Below, in pieces: positions 1 to 27,708 of a DNA stretch of 64,000 nt. Origin of the DNA: Chrysomallon squamiferum (lineage: Eukaryota; Animalia; Mollusca). Each line of letters starts with the position of its first letter. The stretch's first letter is position 1. The stretch lies in NCBI GenBank assembly GCA_012295275.1, contig CM022669.1:6324001-6388000 (forward strand), in the 5' to 3' direction. Below the pieces are notes generated by a model. It searched no databases and had not been told where the DNA came from. It was given only the letters and a program-made list of their open reading frames with translations. The position numbers were made by a program, and so were the translations under genes.

Positions 1-299
1 TTTTAGTGTGATGACAGTAAACCTTCGCTGTTCGCATCATGATAAATAATCTTTATTATATCACAAATAACCCGACAGGATACCCACTAATCCCTCACAC
101 CTTGGGACTGCGCATTAAACATATCTAATTTATTTATTTCACAATGCATTTAAGTGATGAATGGCATATAAACTTCACCGAAGACGAAATTATATGAAAA
201 CAGACCGACTCAAATACAGTATTTTTCTCTCGTGTTATTTGTATGTCACACACAGAGATTTGGGAATAGTAATAAAGATTTATTTAAATCTATAATCTT

Positions 300-450
300 C
301 ACGCTGATTGGCAGAAATCTTTAGATCTCGATATATATTTGTAAGCTTAACGCTGATTGGGTGTCAAGGATACTGACGGTGTGATTTATTTGATCCCGTA
401 AGCCGGATTGTGATTGGTTTGAGCGTGTGTTCAAGTGATAGAATTGGTTT
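300..450 (-). promoter_or_regulatory. cluster of four CCAAT (NF-Y-type) boxes; probable promoter of a gene running off the left edge
   Basis: ATTGG at 307, 356, 413 and 443; the first two share the context CTT(C/A)ACGCTGATTGG. Confidence 0.5.
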
Positions 451-1898
451 TAAATAGAGTGATAGGAATTAATTTTGATATACTGTCAGATAGTGTCAAA
501 AACCTCATAAAAAAAAGTTATGCATAAATGTATGTATATATATATATTCAAGTATACATCGTGACAAATCCAAGTTCAAAAGCGTCAGCGTACGCCTACA
601 CACCCACTAAATTGAAGGCATATATAAAAAATATATAACACAAAATACCAATTTTTCACACAAACAAGAAACAACTCTAGAAAACATCTAATTATACTAA
701 TTAATATGTCTGAAAAAAATACTCATTTACATATAGAAAATATCACACACACACACACGCATGCATACAGATTCATAATAAACTACATAAAGTGATCATT
801 AAGTAAGTCTTCTAAAATCTGTTCAGTTCTAAAAATTCGTCATATTTATTGTTGCAAACAGTTAGCAAAGTTCAGTTCCTCGTGACTGGCCATAGAAGCC
901 GCCAAATATATTTGAAAAACAAAAAACAACGCCAAATTTTTGCATCTTCTGGTTATTTAGGTGTTTCGGACCAGTAACCAATAAAATTTCTTATTATATA
1001 TAAAGTAAACAAGTATAAAATACAACAGAATCGATATCCAACATATATATACATATATGACACAAAGAGCATAATTTATAGTTTTATATATACATTTTTT
1101 TAAAACAGAAAAACATGCATCGCCACATTAAATATATATAGATATATACACACACACATATGAAAGTTATTTAAACACACACAAACAGTGAAGACACCAA
1201 CACACACACAAAAATATACACACACAAATATATAACGCACATACACAAAATGTGTCACACCAAAGCTCGCACAAATAAAATCACGTCACTCATAATTATA
1301 CACGTAAAAATACGTTACAAGATCTATTATCTCTCTCTTTGCGTAAAGCGGTTCACGTTAATATTGTTGTCAATTACTGTTTGTTTTTGTATGATCAGAA
1401 CAACTGCTATTAGGTATTGACTATCTGTCATAAATGATAAACTGTCGTTTACGAAGCACATATGTATTGTTTGATGTTTAATCTCAGAACATGGCCGCAG
1501 ATAACCGTTCTTATCCCAGGCAATTTAGGTTTCCACGATACCTTGTTTGTTTAAAAGCAGAGTAACCAAAGAGGAAATATAATAAAGTGTGTGTACTCTA
1601 TAAAAAAAAATACAGCTGTTGACTGATGTGAAGATGTCGTTTTTTTTAAAGTTTATGTATGGCGAATTGTTAATTAATTTCTTTTTTTACGTAAAGGTCG
1701 TTTGATTAAGATTTGATGGCAAGTTAGTGAAGATGTAATTAATGAACTAAAAAAAAAAAAACATCGCATGTTAATAAATATGTAATTGCAGTTTGTTTTA
1801 TGTGCATGATTGATAGATGTGGTGACAGAGAGTGGTGAAACAGAAATAGACAAGAAGAGTAAAGTATAGAGAGATATGAGAGAAAATGAGAAAGGATA

Positions 1899-1919
1899 TG
1901 TGTGTGTGTGTGTGTGTGA

Positions 1920-2013
<94 letters not shown>

Positions 2014-2018
2014 GAGAG
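1899..2018. repeat. compound (GT)n(GA)n microsatellite
   Basis: Directly visible. Confidence 0.95.
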
Positions 2019-2154
2019 AATATGAAAGGGAGATATAGACAGACAGAGATTTTAAAGAGATGAGAGACATAAGAGACAGAGAGAGAAACATGTATGTTTC
2101 ACATATAAGTCAGTGCCTTTTAAAAGACTTTGCTTGTATACGTATTTTTCTTTC

Positions 2155-2245
2155 AGTGGGAAAGTACATATAAAAGATCCCTAGTTGCTATATCCGTGAG
2201 AGTAGCCAATGGTATGACAGCAGTAAATTTCGTCTCTCGTTCAAA
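2155..2245 (+). mobile_element. decayed SINE fragment (mollusc-type central domain)
   Basis: GGGAAAGTACATATAAAAGATCCCTAGTTGCTA...GAGTAGCCAATGG...GACAGCAG..TTTCGTCTCTC resembles a SINE core I recall from gastropod genomes; not searched. Confidence 0.5.
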
Positions 2246-5051
2246 CTATTTTATAACAATTAATATAAAATGTATGAAATTATACTATAACTAATACTAA
2301 TTCGTTCTTGTTTTCGTTTAGAACAGCCTCACTTCACAAAGTTAGCAACACGGATCGCACTTGTTTCATTCACACTGACTGCATATGTAGTTTCTGTTGA
2401 ACAATATCGTTTCTTGTTTCTCACTTTTCGGACACGCCGTGTTTGTTAAAACGCTGTAAGTGAAAAATCTATATGTTGAAGCCAGTAATTAGCACAACAC
2501 CGCCAATTGTCCTCTGTCTATGGTCGCCGGCGGTTCTTTTCCGATTTCAACATGCCCCGGTGTCCGCCACTTCCGCTCTCGGCCAAACGAGAAAGCACGA
2601 GAATAGACTTAATTATCTTCTGACTCTAAGCAGATCAGCCGGGATCAAGCAGTTTGCTCTTTTGCATATGGCGGCGGCAAGAGGAGCCAACGTGTCAGGA
2701 AATTGGATAAATTCACAACAAACATCCTGCAGCGATTTCAAATTCAGTTGACAGCGAGAAAATGGAATCTGTCTCTCACTGGCTACTTAAAACACTCGAA
2801 CATGTTTCTCTTATGTGTTAGCTTTGAGAACAGATTCAGACGTTTAAACCTGTTCGGAATGTGTTCTAAGATTTTTTTTTTTTTTTTTTTCAAATATGAC
2901 ATAAAAAGTCGGTGAGAAAATTCCTGCACATGAGACTGTTAAAAACGTTTAAAATAGAGATGGTTTTTTTAAGGGATAGATTTTAATAATGAGAAATTAA
3001 ATATGTGCGTTTTCGGTCGTTTAGAATAAGGTATACGTACGTGCTTTTTAATACACAACATGAAAAAAGACGTGATATTATCTTATTTGCATTCATGTTT
3101 AGATAGGAACAAGTTAGAAACACACACACACACACACACATATATATTAAAGGTCTGAAAGCAATACAAGTATGTCACATTTAAATGTCATTCAGGGTAT
3201 GTAGGCACCTTGTTGTTGTTGTTTGTTGTTTTTTTGCTTGTTTTGGATGGGGAGGGTTGACTTCACTCTCTCTCTTTGTATCTAACTTTAAGCACTAAAT
3301 TAAACAGATTAACATACAAAGAACATATTTATTTATTTTTAATGATAATATCAATGGTTTAAATATTCAAGTATTTTTTTGTTCATATTCTGGTATAATT
3401 TTATATTATTTAAGACTCAGTTTGGTGCGTTGTGCGTTTTTTCTTTTTTCTTTCTTTTTTCTTTTAAATTTTTATGGTCTTTTTATTTTTACAGTTGACT
3501 TTTATGAATATAAACGTAGCGTTTCATCTTCTGAATACGGTTCACGTTCTTCCTTTCAATCTTGATATCCATCTTTTTTCTTGCAATTTTTTAATTTTTT
3601 AATTTTTCTTTTAATTTTTTCACACAAAGGTTAAGCAGAACAAATCTTCTGTTTATTTAATAAATATTTTATTATCCAGATTTGATTTTGAAGATGAAGC
3701 AGAAAATATCAAAAGAGAAGTTCAAGCGAAGATTCAGAATTGTATAAAAAAAAAAAATAAAAAAAAATAAAAAAAAATAAAAATAAACAACATGCAATCA
3801 AATAAATATATTAAAAAAAAAAAAATAAAATAAAATAAAATACATATATCAAAATATAAATGAATGAATGAATGAATAAATAAATAAATCAAATTATAAA
3901 TAAATAAATGTATAGTAAAATTACTAAATAAGTAAGAAAATAAAAATAAATTAAAATAAAATAAATGAAGTTTAAAAATATAAGTAAATAAATATATAAA
4001 CAAACTAAAAAAAACATATCCGAAGCTTCTTGGTCAGTGCTTTTAGTATCTTCACAAATTCAGTGGAAATACGGACGTAAAATAAATAAAAACAATTTTA
4101 ATTTTCGCTAGCAGACAGGACTGTATCGAGTTTTACCTCAGCGCCAGAGGTGCCATATATATATATATATATAAAAAAAAAAAAAAAAAAAAAATGGTCG
4201 CATGAGTTTGACTGTTTATGGGAAGGCACATAAAAAATATCTGTTCAGCTAATCGATGAGACTCGTGTGTAGATTTGTTCATTCATATCATTAACATGTT
4301 TAAATGTATACAGAACTGATAACTGTTAAAATAAAAATGTTTTACTGAGCAGACAAAAATGTTTGTTATTTAATACAAAAATAAAAATAAAACCCCCCCA
4401 AAAAACAAGATTTTTATGAATGTTGATAACCTTTGGTGTAATATTACGTGATGATTTTAAACAAATATTTATTCATGTTTATTCCGATGTAAAACAATAA
4501 TCTACTGACAAAATGCCCTGTTTTGATGCTTTAAATAAAACTAGCATCCGAAAGTTTTTATTTATACTGATGGTTTGAAAAATAATTTCCGTAACAGAAA
4601 TTATCATGGTAAAATTCTTAAAATAGTTTAATTTCATCGATATTAGATTTGGTTTCAGGTTTGTTTCCGTTTTTTCACTGGTGTAAGGTTTCATTTCTGG
4701 TGCAATGTTAAATTTTTTATTAAAATTATTGGAAATTCTGTCTATGCACGTTAAGGAAAGTGAATTGTAAAGAGGCTGTTTTTCTGTTTTAATTGTGTAT
4801 TACGTAACTTGATTAGATGCTGCTGTCACAAATGGTATGTGCATTTGCGTCAGCGAGTTCTTACATTGCTAAAGACCTAACAGTAGCTTCAAGCTCAGTT
4901 TTGAAACTTTTTTTTATGAAGAGTTGTAAGTAGAAGGATCAATCCCGCATAATTCTCTGCGTGTTCATTTTTATTTTATTTATTTATTTAGGTATTTGTT
5001 TTTTTTTAATTTGTTTTTTTTTTTAATTTATTTATATGGTTTCTTTTCTTA

Positions 5052-5082
<31 letters not shown>

Positions 5083-7053
5083 GTTTTGTTGTTGTTTTTT
5101 TCCGTTTCAGTTGGTGCCTCACGTCTATCGGTTCATGTTATGGTGAATTATGAAAGATATGTTGCTGATAATCGATGTAAGAGATTCGCGGGTTTAGCAG
5201 ATGTCTTTCATAAAGACTTTGGCGTACATTTAACAGTCTTTGATATTGCAGTAGCTGCATCGTGGCTGGAATCAGCAATAACCAAAACAAATTATCTCAA
5301 ATTCTCTTGAACATTCAGGATTCTATAAACACAGGAAATTAAAAAAAAACAAGAAAATACTACTACTACTAGTACTACAAATAATAATACTATTACTACT
5401 ACTAATAATAATAATTATCATCAAAACAATATATTTTCTTAATTAAAATTAAAAAAAAAATGCTATGAAAGTGTAAGTTTTTTCTGCCAGTGAAAGATGT
5501 TTGACTTTGTAAAGCTGACAGTTATTAGATCTGTGTTTCTTCTGTCACAGATAAATGAGGTCACAATGGCCGTGGTGAATCTTCAGTGCTCCAGGAGGGA
5601 ACATCGAGCCGTCAGTGAGAGTTAATCGTACAATAAAATTAGTTTTATTTATGTATTTATTTATTTATTTATATTTATTCTTAATGAAATCTTGTTATCA
5701 TATTCTTATTATATCTGCTGTTTTTGCGTGCGTGTGTGTGTTTGTGTGCATGTGTATGTATGTGTTTTCTAGCTGTTGTTGTTTTTTGCTCGTTTTTGAT
5801 GCACATTATAGTTGTTGATGTTTTTTTTTTTTTTATTTAATTTGTATTTTTATTTTATTTTAGTTCTTTTTAGGTTTTTTCTTTTTTTATTTTCTTATTT
5901 AGTTTTATTTTTTTATTTTTTTTTTCCTTTTTGGTTTTTTATTTTGTTGTTGTTTTTCTCTTGTTGTTTTTTCTCTATCTTCATTTTGTGATAAACAGCA
6001 ACTGAAAGCAAAGTATTGCGAAATGGACTGAAATTTCATCAACAAAAACAAAATGATGAAAAAATAAATTTAAAAACAAGAAAACAGAAAGGAAACCTCT
6101 ACTAAGGTCGGTTAGCAAAGCTCGTCCAAATGTCGCCTTAATAAGAATTACTATGGACGTTGACACAACGAAATGTTATTTTTATTTCGCCAAAAAAAAA
6201 AAAAAAAAAATCAACAACAACATGGTCTACGTTTTGATAATATCTACTCGATATCTTTAATATTTGTCATGCTCCGAAAGAGATCTGTTCAAGCATAACA
6301 CATCTGGCACGACCTATGACTTCGACAGAGACACAACGCGGACGTTACTGAAGTCAGGAACACAAATCTAATTAGTTATGAATAACGACCTCTTTCCCTA
6401 CCAGACTAATCCGTGTTGTGCTGTAATTTTTTCAAAACATCCGTGTGACAATAACGACTCTCAAAAGAGACATTAATCGCTCTTTATGACGAGAATCTAA
6501 TTATGTTTTATTTCCTTGTAGAAAATTGATCAAGTTTAATCCGATTTCATGCCTCGTTTGAATAAATGAACTTTTACTGCTCTGTTCAAATTGTAAAGTA
6601 AACAGATTCCTGGATCGCGGCTGGTCACTTTGTGATTAACAGCGGATAGCGAAACTATAAAGAAAAATTAGATCAGTTTTAATAGGTTAATGGTTTCTCT
6701 ATGATAAAGATTTTTGTTTCTAAATAATCGTTATATATAGGATAAACGTATGGGGCCAGTAGCCCGTACGCATTTTATGGTTTCTGTTTATTCCATTTTT
6801 TTCTTACGTCTTACAAGCAGAGATAAACATTTATTTTCTCATCAACCATCTTACAGTTTGTACGTATGTTATAATGTATGTGTTTGTCTCATACATACTT
6901 CTGTTTTTCTTTCTCCACTCTTTCTCTGTTTGTTTCTCCTTCCTATATTTCATTCATTCTTGGCTTTATTTCCATAATTACGTTCATGTTCTGTTGTTTT
7001 ATTTACTATGTATCTTTCTGATTATTTCTTGTTTTAAAGTGTGTATGTGAGGG

Positions 7054-7173
7054 TGTGTGTGTATGTGTGTGTGTGTGTGTGAGTGAGTGAGTGAGTGAGT
7101 GAGTGAGTGAGTGAGTGAGTGAGTGAGTGAGTGAGTGAGTGAGTGAGTGAGAGAGAGAGAGGGAGAGAGAGAG
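7054..7173. repeat. compound (GT)n(GAGT)n(GA)n microsatellite
   Basis: Directly visible. Confidence 0.95.
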
Positions 7174-8717
7174 ATTTAGATTTAGATTTAATTACAATAC
7201 GGCGTAATTTAAGTATTTATTATAAAAATACAGATATAACTGTATTATACAACAGGATAATCAAAGACACAATCAGTAAATGTACGGACTGGTTCAGGAT
7301 ACGCCAGTATTTTGTTACCTGCTGACGTCATAATTTCTTTTATTATAACCCTGTGAGCATGGCTGTGACTATGTCTAAAATTTCTAAAATAAACTTTGAC
7401 TCATTAAAGCCAAAGATCTGATCAGAAACCTCCGTTTCCTGCTGCTCACGCAAATCACAGGAAGTGACGTCATCAACGGATTTCTACACATCTTGTTTGT
7501 GTTTCAGATGAGCAAAGTTCAGAGTTACGCATCCATAAATCACCTAGAACGACCACAAAAGAATGTTTTGAAATAAAACAGTTCCACAGAAGAAATGAAC
7601 TCCAGCGTCGACGCAAATTTATTACAATTATACTCAGCTCTTTATGTCTTTTAACTCGCGAATTGCTGAAGAAAGCTAAATTTTATCTTTTATTCAGATT
7701 TCTGCCTAGAAACGGGATTCATGAATTCAATTTCCTTGAGCCACGAAAGAAAATATTTATGGCAAAACAGAAATCTAAGGCTAGAGTTACTGGCCGTAAC
7801 AAGCTGCGCAGTTCGTTTGCCAATGAATACATTATAAATATAGCAACCAAAATCTTCTTTTTCTTCATCGTTTTCTTCGTATTTGTATTCTTTTTCTTAT
7901 TCTTAGGTATATATACATCTTTATATACATATAAGCGAAAAGAAAAATAAAGAGTCTAAAAATTATTTAAAAAATATTATTATTAATTTCTTCTTTGTTA
8001 TGATTTTCCTTTTTCTTTTCTTTTACGTAATTTAATGGCGGCACTAATTAGAAAAGTTACTTCATAAAGATGCTAGCATTCATTGAAAATGACGGGTTTC
8101 TTTTTATTTCGAAAATAAAATGTTTTGACATTTTGATTTTATTGTATTTTCTTACTGCAGATTTTCATATTAATTTATTTTTTTAGTTGTGTGTGTTTGT
8201 AGAAGTAGTAGTAGTAGTATTTATGTTATTTTACTTTTTCCCATTATTCGAATTAAAACATTAATTTATTTATTTATTGTTGCTGTTATTTATGACAAAA
8301 AATAATTTCATCGTGTTATCCCTATCCGGTTAAAAATAATAATAATAAAAAAAAAATAAATTAAAAAAATTAAAATTAAAATTAAACAAACAAAAAAAAA
8401 AAAAATTAAAATCGTACTTTTACTTTCAAAATTTAAAATTCGGTATTTCCAAGTGAAATCGACATGTCTATTTTTAGCTGTAATGTCTCGAGCTTGCGTG
8501 GACAATAAACCAAAAAATTAAGCGATCATCAGAAGTCAATTTGTTGCTCCTCAAAATCACATTTGAACGATTTAGCTGGCGCTACATGCAGTTTCTCACT
8601 CGGAAAATACTCATTTAACAAAAACAGAATTATTCGTTTCACTGCATGAGAAAAACGGAATCGTAACTCCAAATATGCAGTAAATAATAATGTAGATGTA
8701 AGCAGCAGCAACAACAA

Positions 8718-8784
<67 letters not shown>

Positions 8785-9416
8785 AAGAAGAAGAAAATGA
8801 TGATGGTAGTGTTGATGATGATGATGATGATGATGATGACGACAAAACAACAGCATCAGTAATAAATAAGTGTTAGTACCAGTGTTCATGTTCTCTAATA
8901 TCGATAAAACTATTCAAAAAAAATTAGTATTAGAATTAACTGAATAAGAATGTTATTTAACGATACATACGATTTTTTTTTTTTTTTTTTTTATTTTTTA
9001 TTTTTTTAATACCAAGATTTCACGTCATAATAAGTTGAAGAACTACAGGGATAATGAAAATGGAAAACCACCGTTGCCAAGAAACCAGCAACAACTTTCT
9101 AGTAAATATCAAGTAATGTATTATAGGTGCCTTCCCGTAAACTGGAAAGCATGCAAGGACTTAAGATAAACAAATCAGTGGCTCAGTCTCGATCATCAAA
9201 GACTTTCAGTTAAAACCACTAAGAGCCAGTCGTAAATAATAAATAAAATAAAATAAAATAAATAAATAAATATTGTTTTTAACTAATTTCAGACTATATT
9301 TAATTTTTGCATTTCTTTTATATAAATTTTATTTTATTTTATTTTTTTTTTTTTTTTTTTTACGGGGTACCTTACCAATTCAGTACACGAAAACGCTAAG
9401 GTTATATTCTGTTGAA

Positions 9417-9447
<31 letters not shown>

Positions 9448-10427
9448 CTTTTCGCCTTTTACTTTATCGCTATTTTAAACTTACTGAAGCAAACATGGCC
9501 AGGAATTGGCGTCATAAAAGAATGACAAATCTTCTGAAAGATTTATAGCAGTTTTAGCGGACGGTATCAAACGTTGTTTAATGGAGTGTGTATCGCTGTT
9601 AGATGATCGATACCAGGGAATTAGATCGGTGTTTCTCTGTCAGTTTCGGAAATACTCGCTACATCAGTTTAGCGCGGGATAAAAAGAACCAACAATGTAG
9701 ACTTGTTTGGTTTGCAAAGAAGCTGGCCGACGGTGTTCTTCTGTATCTAGAACGAATCTGAGCGTGACTCACGTTGTTCTGCTTGCTTCAGTGGTGATTT
9801 GTTCGTAAATACGCAGTAGGGGAAAAAAGGGTTTGGTAAACAGAGTAGTAATAAGGGGAGAGGACTATTTATTTATTTTTATTTTATTTTATTTTATTTA
9901 AAAAAATATATATATATATACATACATATATTTAACTTATTTATTTATTCTGTAGCAATTATATATATAATTTCAAAACATGCATGCCTTAAAATGACTA
10001 ATGCGAAATACATATTTATATAAGCATGTTGTGACAATAGGCTTTATGTAGTTTCATTAATAGAAATAGAAAGTATATCTATACATAAACACACACACAC
10101 ACAGGTTTTTTTTTTCTTCTCTCTTTGTTACTCATACGCACAACACACACACACACATCATGATACTTATTTCGTTTTGAAAGGTGTATTCACCTTAGTG
10201 TTGGCTGTCCTTGCTCCTTTTCCGAACTCCTAGATCTGCCCTTCAGTCACACTGCTGATTATTTTAAATTTGACAAGCTCAAATTAGAATAAAAACGACC
10301 TTCGATTTGCCGAAATTAACTGTATTTCTTCTAACCAGTACATTCTGAATTTATTCATTTTTTTATACACAACTTGGAAATAAAGGTCAAATTAATTTTT
10401 TTTCTAAATGTCAGCTTGGTTCTTAAA

Positions 10428-10490
<63 letters not shown>

Positions 10491-11230
10491 GGAAAGTTAA
10501 AATTGTTACATAGGCTACTTTCACCAAACACCATCAAGGAAAATTTTACATTAATGCGAACGTGAAAGTAAACGCTTTCGATAAAGCAGATGTTGAGTCG
10601 TGACTGTAACAGAAAATGGCCCATAAGGCGAGTTATGGTGGAACGACCCTAAAACCTATCAGATAAATGTCTCCTCCTACATTATTTTTTATTTGTTATT
10701 CTTTTTATTTATTTATTTTATTTATTTATTTTATAATTTTTTATTTGTTATTCTTTTTATTTATTTATTTTATAATTTTTTATTATTTTCCTTAAGATTA
10801 TCACTTTGTTATTATTATTGTTGTTGTTGTTATTATTTTCTATTTTCTTCAGCTTTTCTTTCGACAGCTGACATTTCACCAACAAACAAAATAAATTAAA
10901 ATTAAGAACGAACATCTTCATATTGAGACAATAACTTTTAATATACATATCAGCATTCATTACCTGTATATATTATCATCCAGCACATCATAAATATTTC
11001 AAATTTACATCCATGACGACATAATACATAGTAAGTTTTAAGCATAATCAGTTATGGAAATAGGTGGTTTTAAGGTGGTAACTAGATAAAATGTATACGA
11101 GAAAACGATAAGAAATACGTTTGTAAGTAAAACTAATAAACAAATTAATTCTGGGCGTTTTAATCTTAAGCAGGTGTAAATAAAATGTCTCCAAAGAAGA
11201 TAAATTTTAAAATATGAATATTGTTTGTCA

Positions 11231-12969
11231 TTTATTTTACATAGATATATATATTTATATATATAAACTTTACATACATATAAAATGGAAGTTAATAAAA
11301 GCTATGGAAACTGAGATACAGCTATAGATGTAAACTTACACACACCTTCCCCACCTCATTTTCAACAATAAACACAACAAACATAAAATAAATGTTACAC
11401 TAAAACATAATAACATTCACAACAAAATGAGATTAAAAGAAGAAAAATATATATATATATATATATATATCTATAACAATATGAAACTTCTTATGTTTAC
11501 ATAGATACGTAATTATTATAGTTTTTTAAATTTTATAAATGTTTTTATTACTAATAATAAAACGATAGCAAATAACTTATTTACAGTAAAGCTATGCTTC
11601 TATATGTGCAATATTCAAAATGCATAAAACATGTTCAAGTATAATTTGATAGTATTTTTTATTACTCTGTTAAAATATCTGATTACTGTTCTGTCGACAC
11701 TTTTCACCAAAAATCATGTATCAGTCTTTGTTAAAGTGAATCACCATAAGACAGAATAACAAGATAAGATACTAAACAGTGTTGCCATAAATACAGCAGA
11801 AACTAACCAATAAGGCGGCCGTATGTTTCCTCATACATATTATTTTGTCATAAAACTTTATTGTGTGGAAACAGTTGTCTCTAATAATAAATAAAACTAC
11901 CACATAATAATTACATAAAATGAATTTGTGCTATTTCGCTGCACAAATCACAGATTTTCTTTTTCACAAGAATTATATAAAATAATTACTCGGAAAATGT
12001 TTTCTGTTACTTGTACTAACACTTGAAAAAAGAAAAAAAAAAAAAAAAATAAAGAAAAAAGAACATGATGATTTGAAAAAAAACAAAAATATATTAATTT
12101 TTTTTCATAATTCTCCAATTTCATCACAACTAAAAGTAAATGTTTATATTTGTGCTATAGGTCCTTAGACAATCCTTTTTCCATTCATCACTGTATATAT
12201 TCCACCATCCATCTATTTTATTCATTCATTTGTTCTTTAGTCAACTATCCATTTCTTTATTAATGTCAGTATTATTAAAAATATATATTTACCTTGTGTA
12301 AGATAAGTTATTCATTATTTATGTCAGTTTTTCATTAAACACTGCATCCAAATACAAATAAATAATACCAATAATAAAAATAATAAATCAAAAATATAAA
12401 TTAAAAATCTGGATGATGGGGAAAATAAACTTTTTTTTTTTTTTTTCATTTTATAAAAATTCACAGTACAGCTATACATGCTTGCTATGATATATTTATT
12501 TTATTACAGGTAAAATTTGCTCAATAACAAAAGACAGATTTTTATGAATGTGTACCTTGCCACAGGTAAGATTACTTAATTACAGGTGAAAATTAGCTAA
12601 TTTCATGTCACATGTTCAACAAAGACTTACATAACACATATTTCCTTATGGGCAAAAAATGATTATTAATTTCTAGGTTGACACTTCTTAACAATGACAT
12701 ACCTTTAGAGATTCGTTTTCTTTCTTACAGGCAATATTGATTGGTTTCAAAAGATAAACTTATTTTAATGAATGTACACACCTGAGACAGGTTTACACAA
12801 AGTAAATTTAATTAATTAGTAATTTCTGCATCAACCCTGTCTATACCTGTGTCTAAACATCTACAAAATCACTCTTACATTTAATAATGCCCAAACATAA
12901 ACATAATAACCATCATCAGGTTATCTACAAGTTATTAACTAACGTAAATATATATTCATCAGTAAACTT

Positions 12970-13014
<45 letters not shown>

Positions 13015-14624
13015 GACATTAAAGAAAAATGAAATAAATGAAATCATTATTCAGTCGGAAAATGCACAGTAAGGCACATTATTTTGATATATATTATATA
13101 TATATATATATATATCATGCATTTGTTGTTCATCCATCCATACATCCATCCTTCATTCTTCACTCCCTAAAGAGGATAAGGCAAAATATTCAATACACTT
13201 TTTCTTGAAAGATCTATGTATGCACTAACAACTAGCAATCAAATAGTAGTTAATAAATTTTCTTTTACAATCATGATTAATGATTTTTTTATTTTTTTTT
13301 AAAAACAACAGAAAAATATATTTCTTGAATGTGCAAGTTCAATGTAATTTTTAAAACATGATTAGTTTTCAAATGCAATTTTGATTTTCAAAAATAAGAA
13401 AATTGAATGATTTGAGTATCTGAAAATCCATGAAAAAAACCCACAAAAAAACAACAGAAAAATAAAAAGAAATATTCTTCAAAATGATATTATTAAATTA
13501 GAATTTAAAAATCCAAATTCATATACTAAAGATAAATAAATAATAATGATAATTAAACTGAACATTTGAAAACATGAAGTGTAATTATACAGAATGGACT
13601 ATATTCTGTATCTGAAAAACAAACTGTTCTATTTAATTTACTAATATGGCATGATTCACACATATTTTAACAGAATTAAACAAAAGCTATTGCAGTAGCA
13701 CACACAACATACTTTACAATATTCAAATAAACCCATCTTGTGCGTCCAGTAGGCCTCGCGAAAAACCACCAAGATTCTCATTGCAAACAAATATTAAATG
13801 GAACAATGAATTTGTCTTACATCTCAATCATTTTTAATTATTAATATTTATTAGACAGCAATCGTAAAGGTTTTGTATAATGAAGATGAGAGTGAGCAAA
13901 AATATGCTGCCACCATTTCTTTTAAAATTTTTTTTAGATATTCTAATTGCAAAGTACCAATCAGAAATCGGTTTTGTGTCACATGATCATTTAAAAGCAA
14001 CAGTGAAGACTAGCACACTTTTGTGAATAAATAAATAATAATACCCTACTTTTTATCAGTGTATTTAAAACCAAAACAAATCTTTCTTCATCAAACATGG
14101 TTGGTTGTGTTTGCAAACAAAAGACTGGCAGTGCAGACAAAATCTTACAGCATAACAATAACACTACAACACAGAAAACAATTATAAATTATAATTTAAA
14201 ACATTATGCATGGATTTTCAAACACACAAAAAATTGTTGTTTTTTTTATTTAAATTTATTTTAATATATTTTTTTTTATCTGTCTGATGGAAGGATATTG
14301 CTCAAATTTTTCTTTAAAAAAAAAAATTAAATAAAATTATAATGCAGAATTTTTTTTAAAATGTTCCCAAATTTAAAAAAAAATATATATACTAAAATAA
14401 AGACATGAAGTATGTCACACTTTAATTTAAACCAAACTGGACACTGAGAGGTTCCTAGAGAAGAAAAGAGAAATAAGAAAGAAAGATACACTGAAGAGAA
14501 AGATACAAGTTTAGCCCAGAGAATGAAATGAAAATTAAAAACTGATCTGACGACACCTTGAAGTACTCAACACTTGCACCAAGGAGAAATACTGGAAGTG
14601 TAATCTCAGTCAGTGGATTTGAGC
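11231..14624 (-). other. probable long LONP1 3' UTR / downstream transcribed region
   Basis: CpG-poor composition continues from the gene body to about 11.2 kb. Minus-strand AATAAA candidates include 11857-11862 and 11231-11236. The true 3' end cannot be determined here. Confidence 0.35.
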
Positions 14625-26685
<12,061 letters not shown>

Positions 26686-26978
26686 AGCTGATTAATTGTA
26701 TGAGTTTCCCTCCCAAAGATCAAGAGCATCTTGTTTCTCTTCCTCGTTCAGTGAATTCCAAATTACTGGCGCATTACAATGTTCATGGTTCTTTACAGCT
26801 ATGTAAATGATTTGAATAAAAACTTTAAATAAATTGATTAATTCATTACTATTTAACTTTCAGATTTTGTAAAGTAAAATTTAAAATCATTTCAAGAGAA
26901 TTTATGCTTTAGATTAGAATTGTTCAATGATCATAAATAATAATGGGGAGGACATGTGAGACAGACAGAAGTGGGTAG

Positions 26979-27029
<51 letters not shown>

Positions 27030-27046
27030 TCAATAACAATAACAAT

Positions 27047-27078
<32 letters not shown>

Positions 27079-27662
27079 ATTAAATTTAAAAACAAAAAAT
27101 AAAAATAGACGTTTATTTTCAAAACCATTGCTTTTGGATCTACGTATTTCGTATCATTTATGCATTTATGCATTTTGCATATAAAAAATCTTCTGTTTAA
27201 CTTTCACAGTTTATAATGAAAAATGATCTGGTTATAAGATGTTGGTTTGTTTTTGATTAGTAAATATACAACCGAAATAGTATTCAATATTGACCAAAAT
27301 AGGTTTTAGAATTGTCAAGGGAAAATACTCTAGCAACCTTCTCCTTTTTTGGTTATCTCCCTTGACTTATTAAATAAATGCATTTTAACAAATGTTTTTC
27401 TACTGCTTTTTTTTTTGTCTCTGTCTTTATTGATAATTACTTTGTTTCTTTATTTATATATGTAATGTGTGCGTGTATGTGTTTATTTATTTATAATATC
27501 ATATATACGCACGTTAATTAATTCACACCACTGTGTATTTGTGTAACAACCTTGTGTAAGCAATCATTAAAATGTGAAAAATTGAATTTAAGTTAACCTA
27601 CTTTCTTCGAAGTAAATAAAATAAAATAAAATTATGACATAATAATAATAATAATAATAATA

Positions 27663-27708
<46 letters not shown>

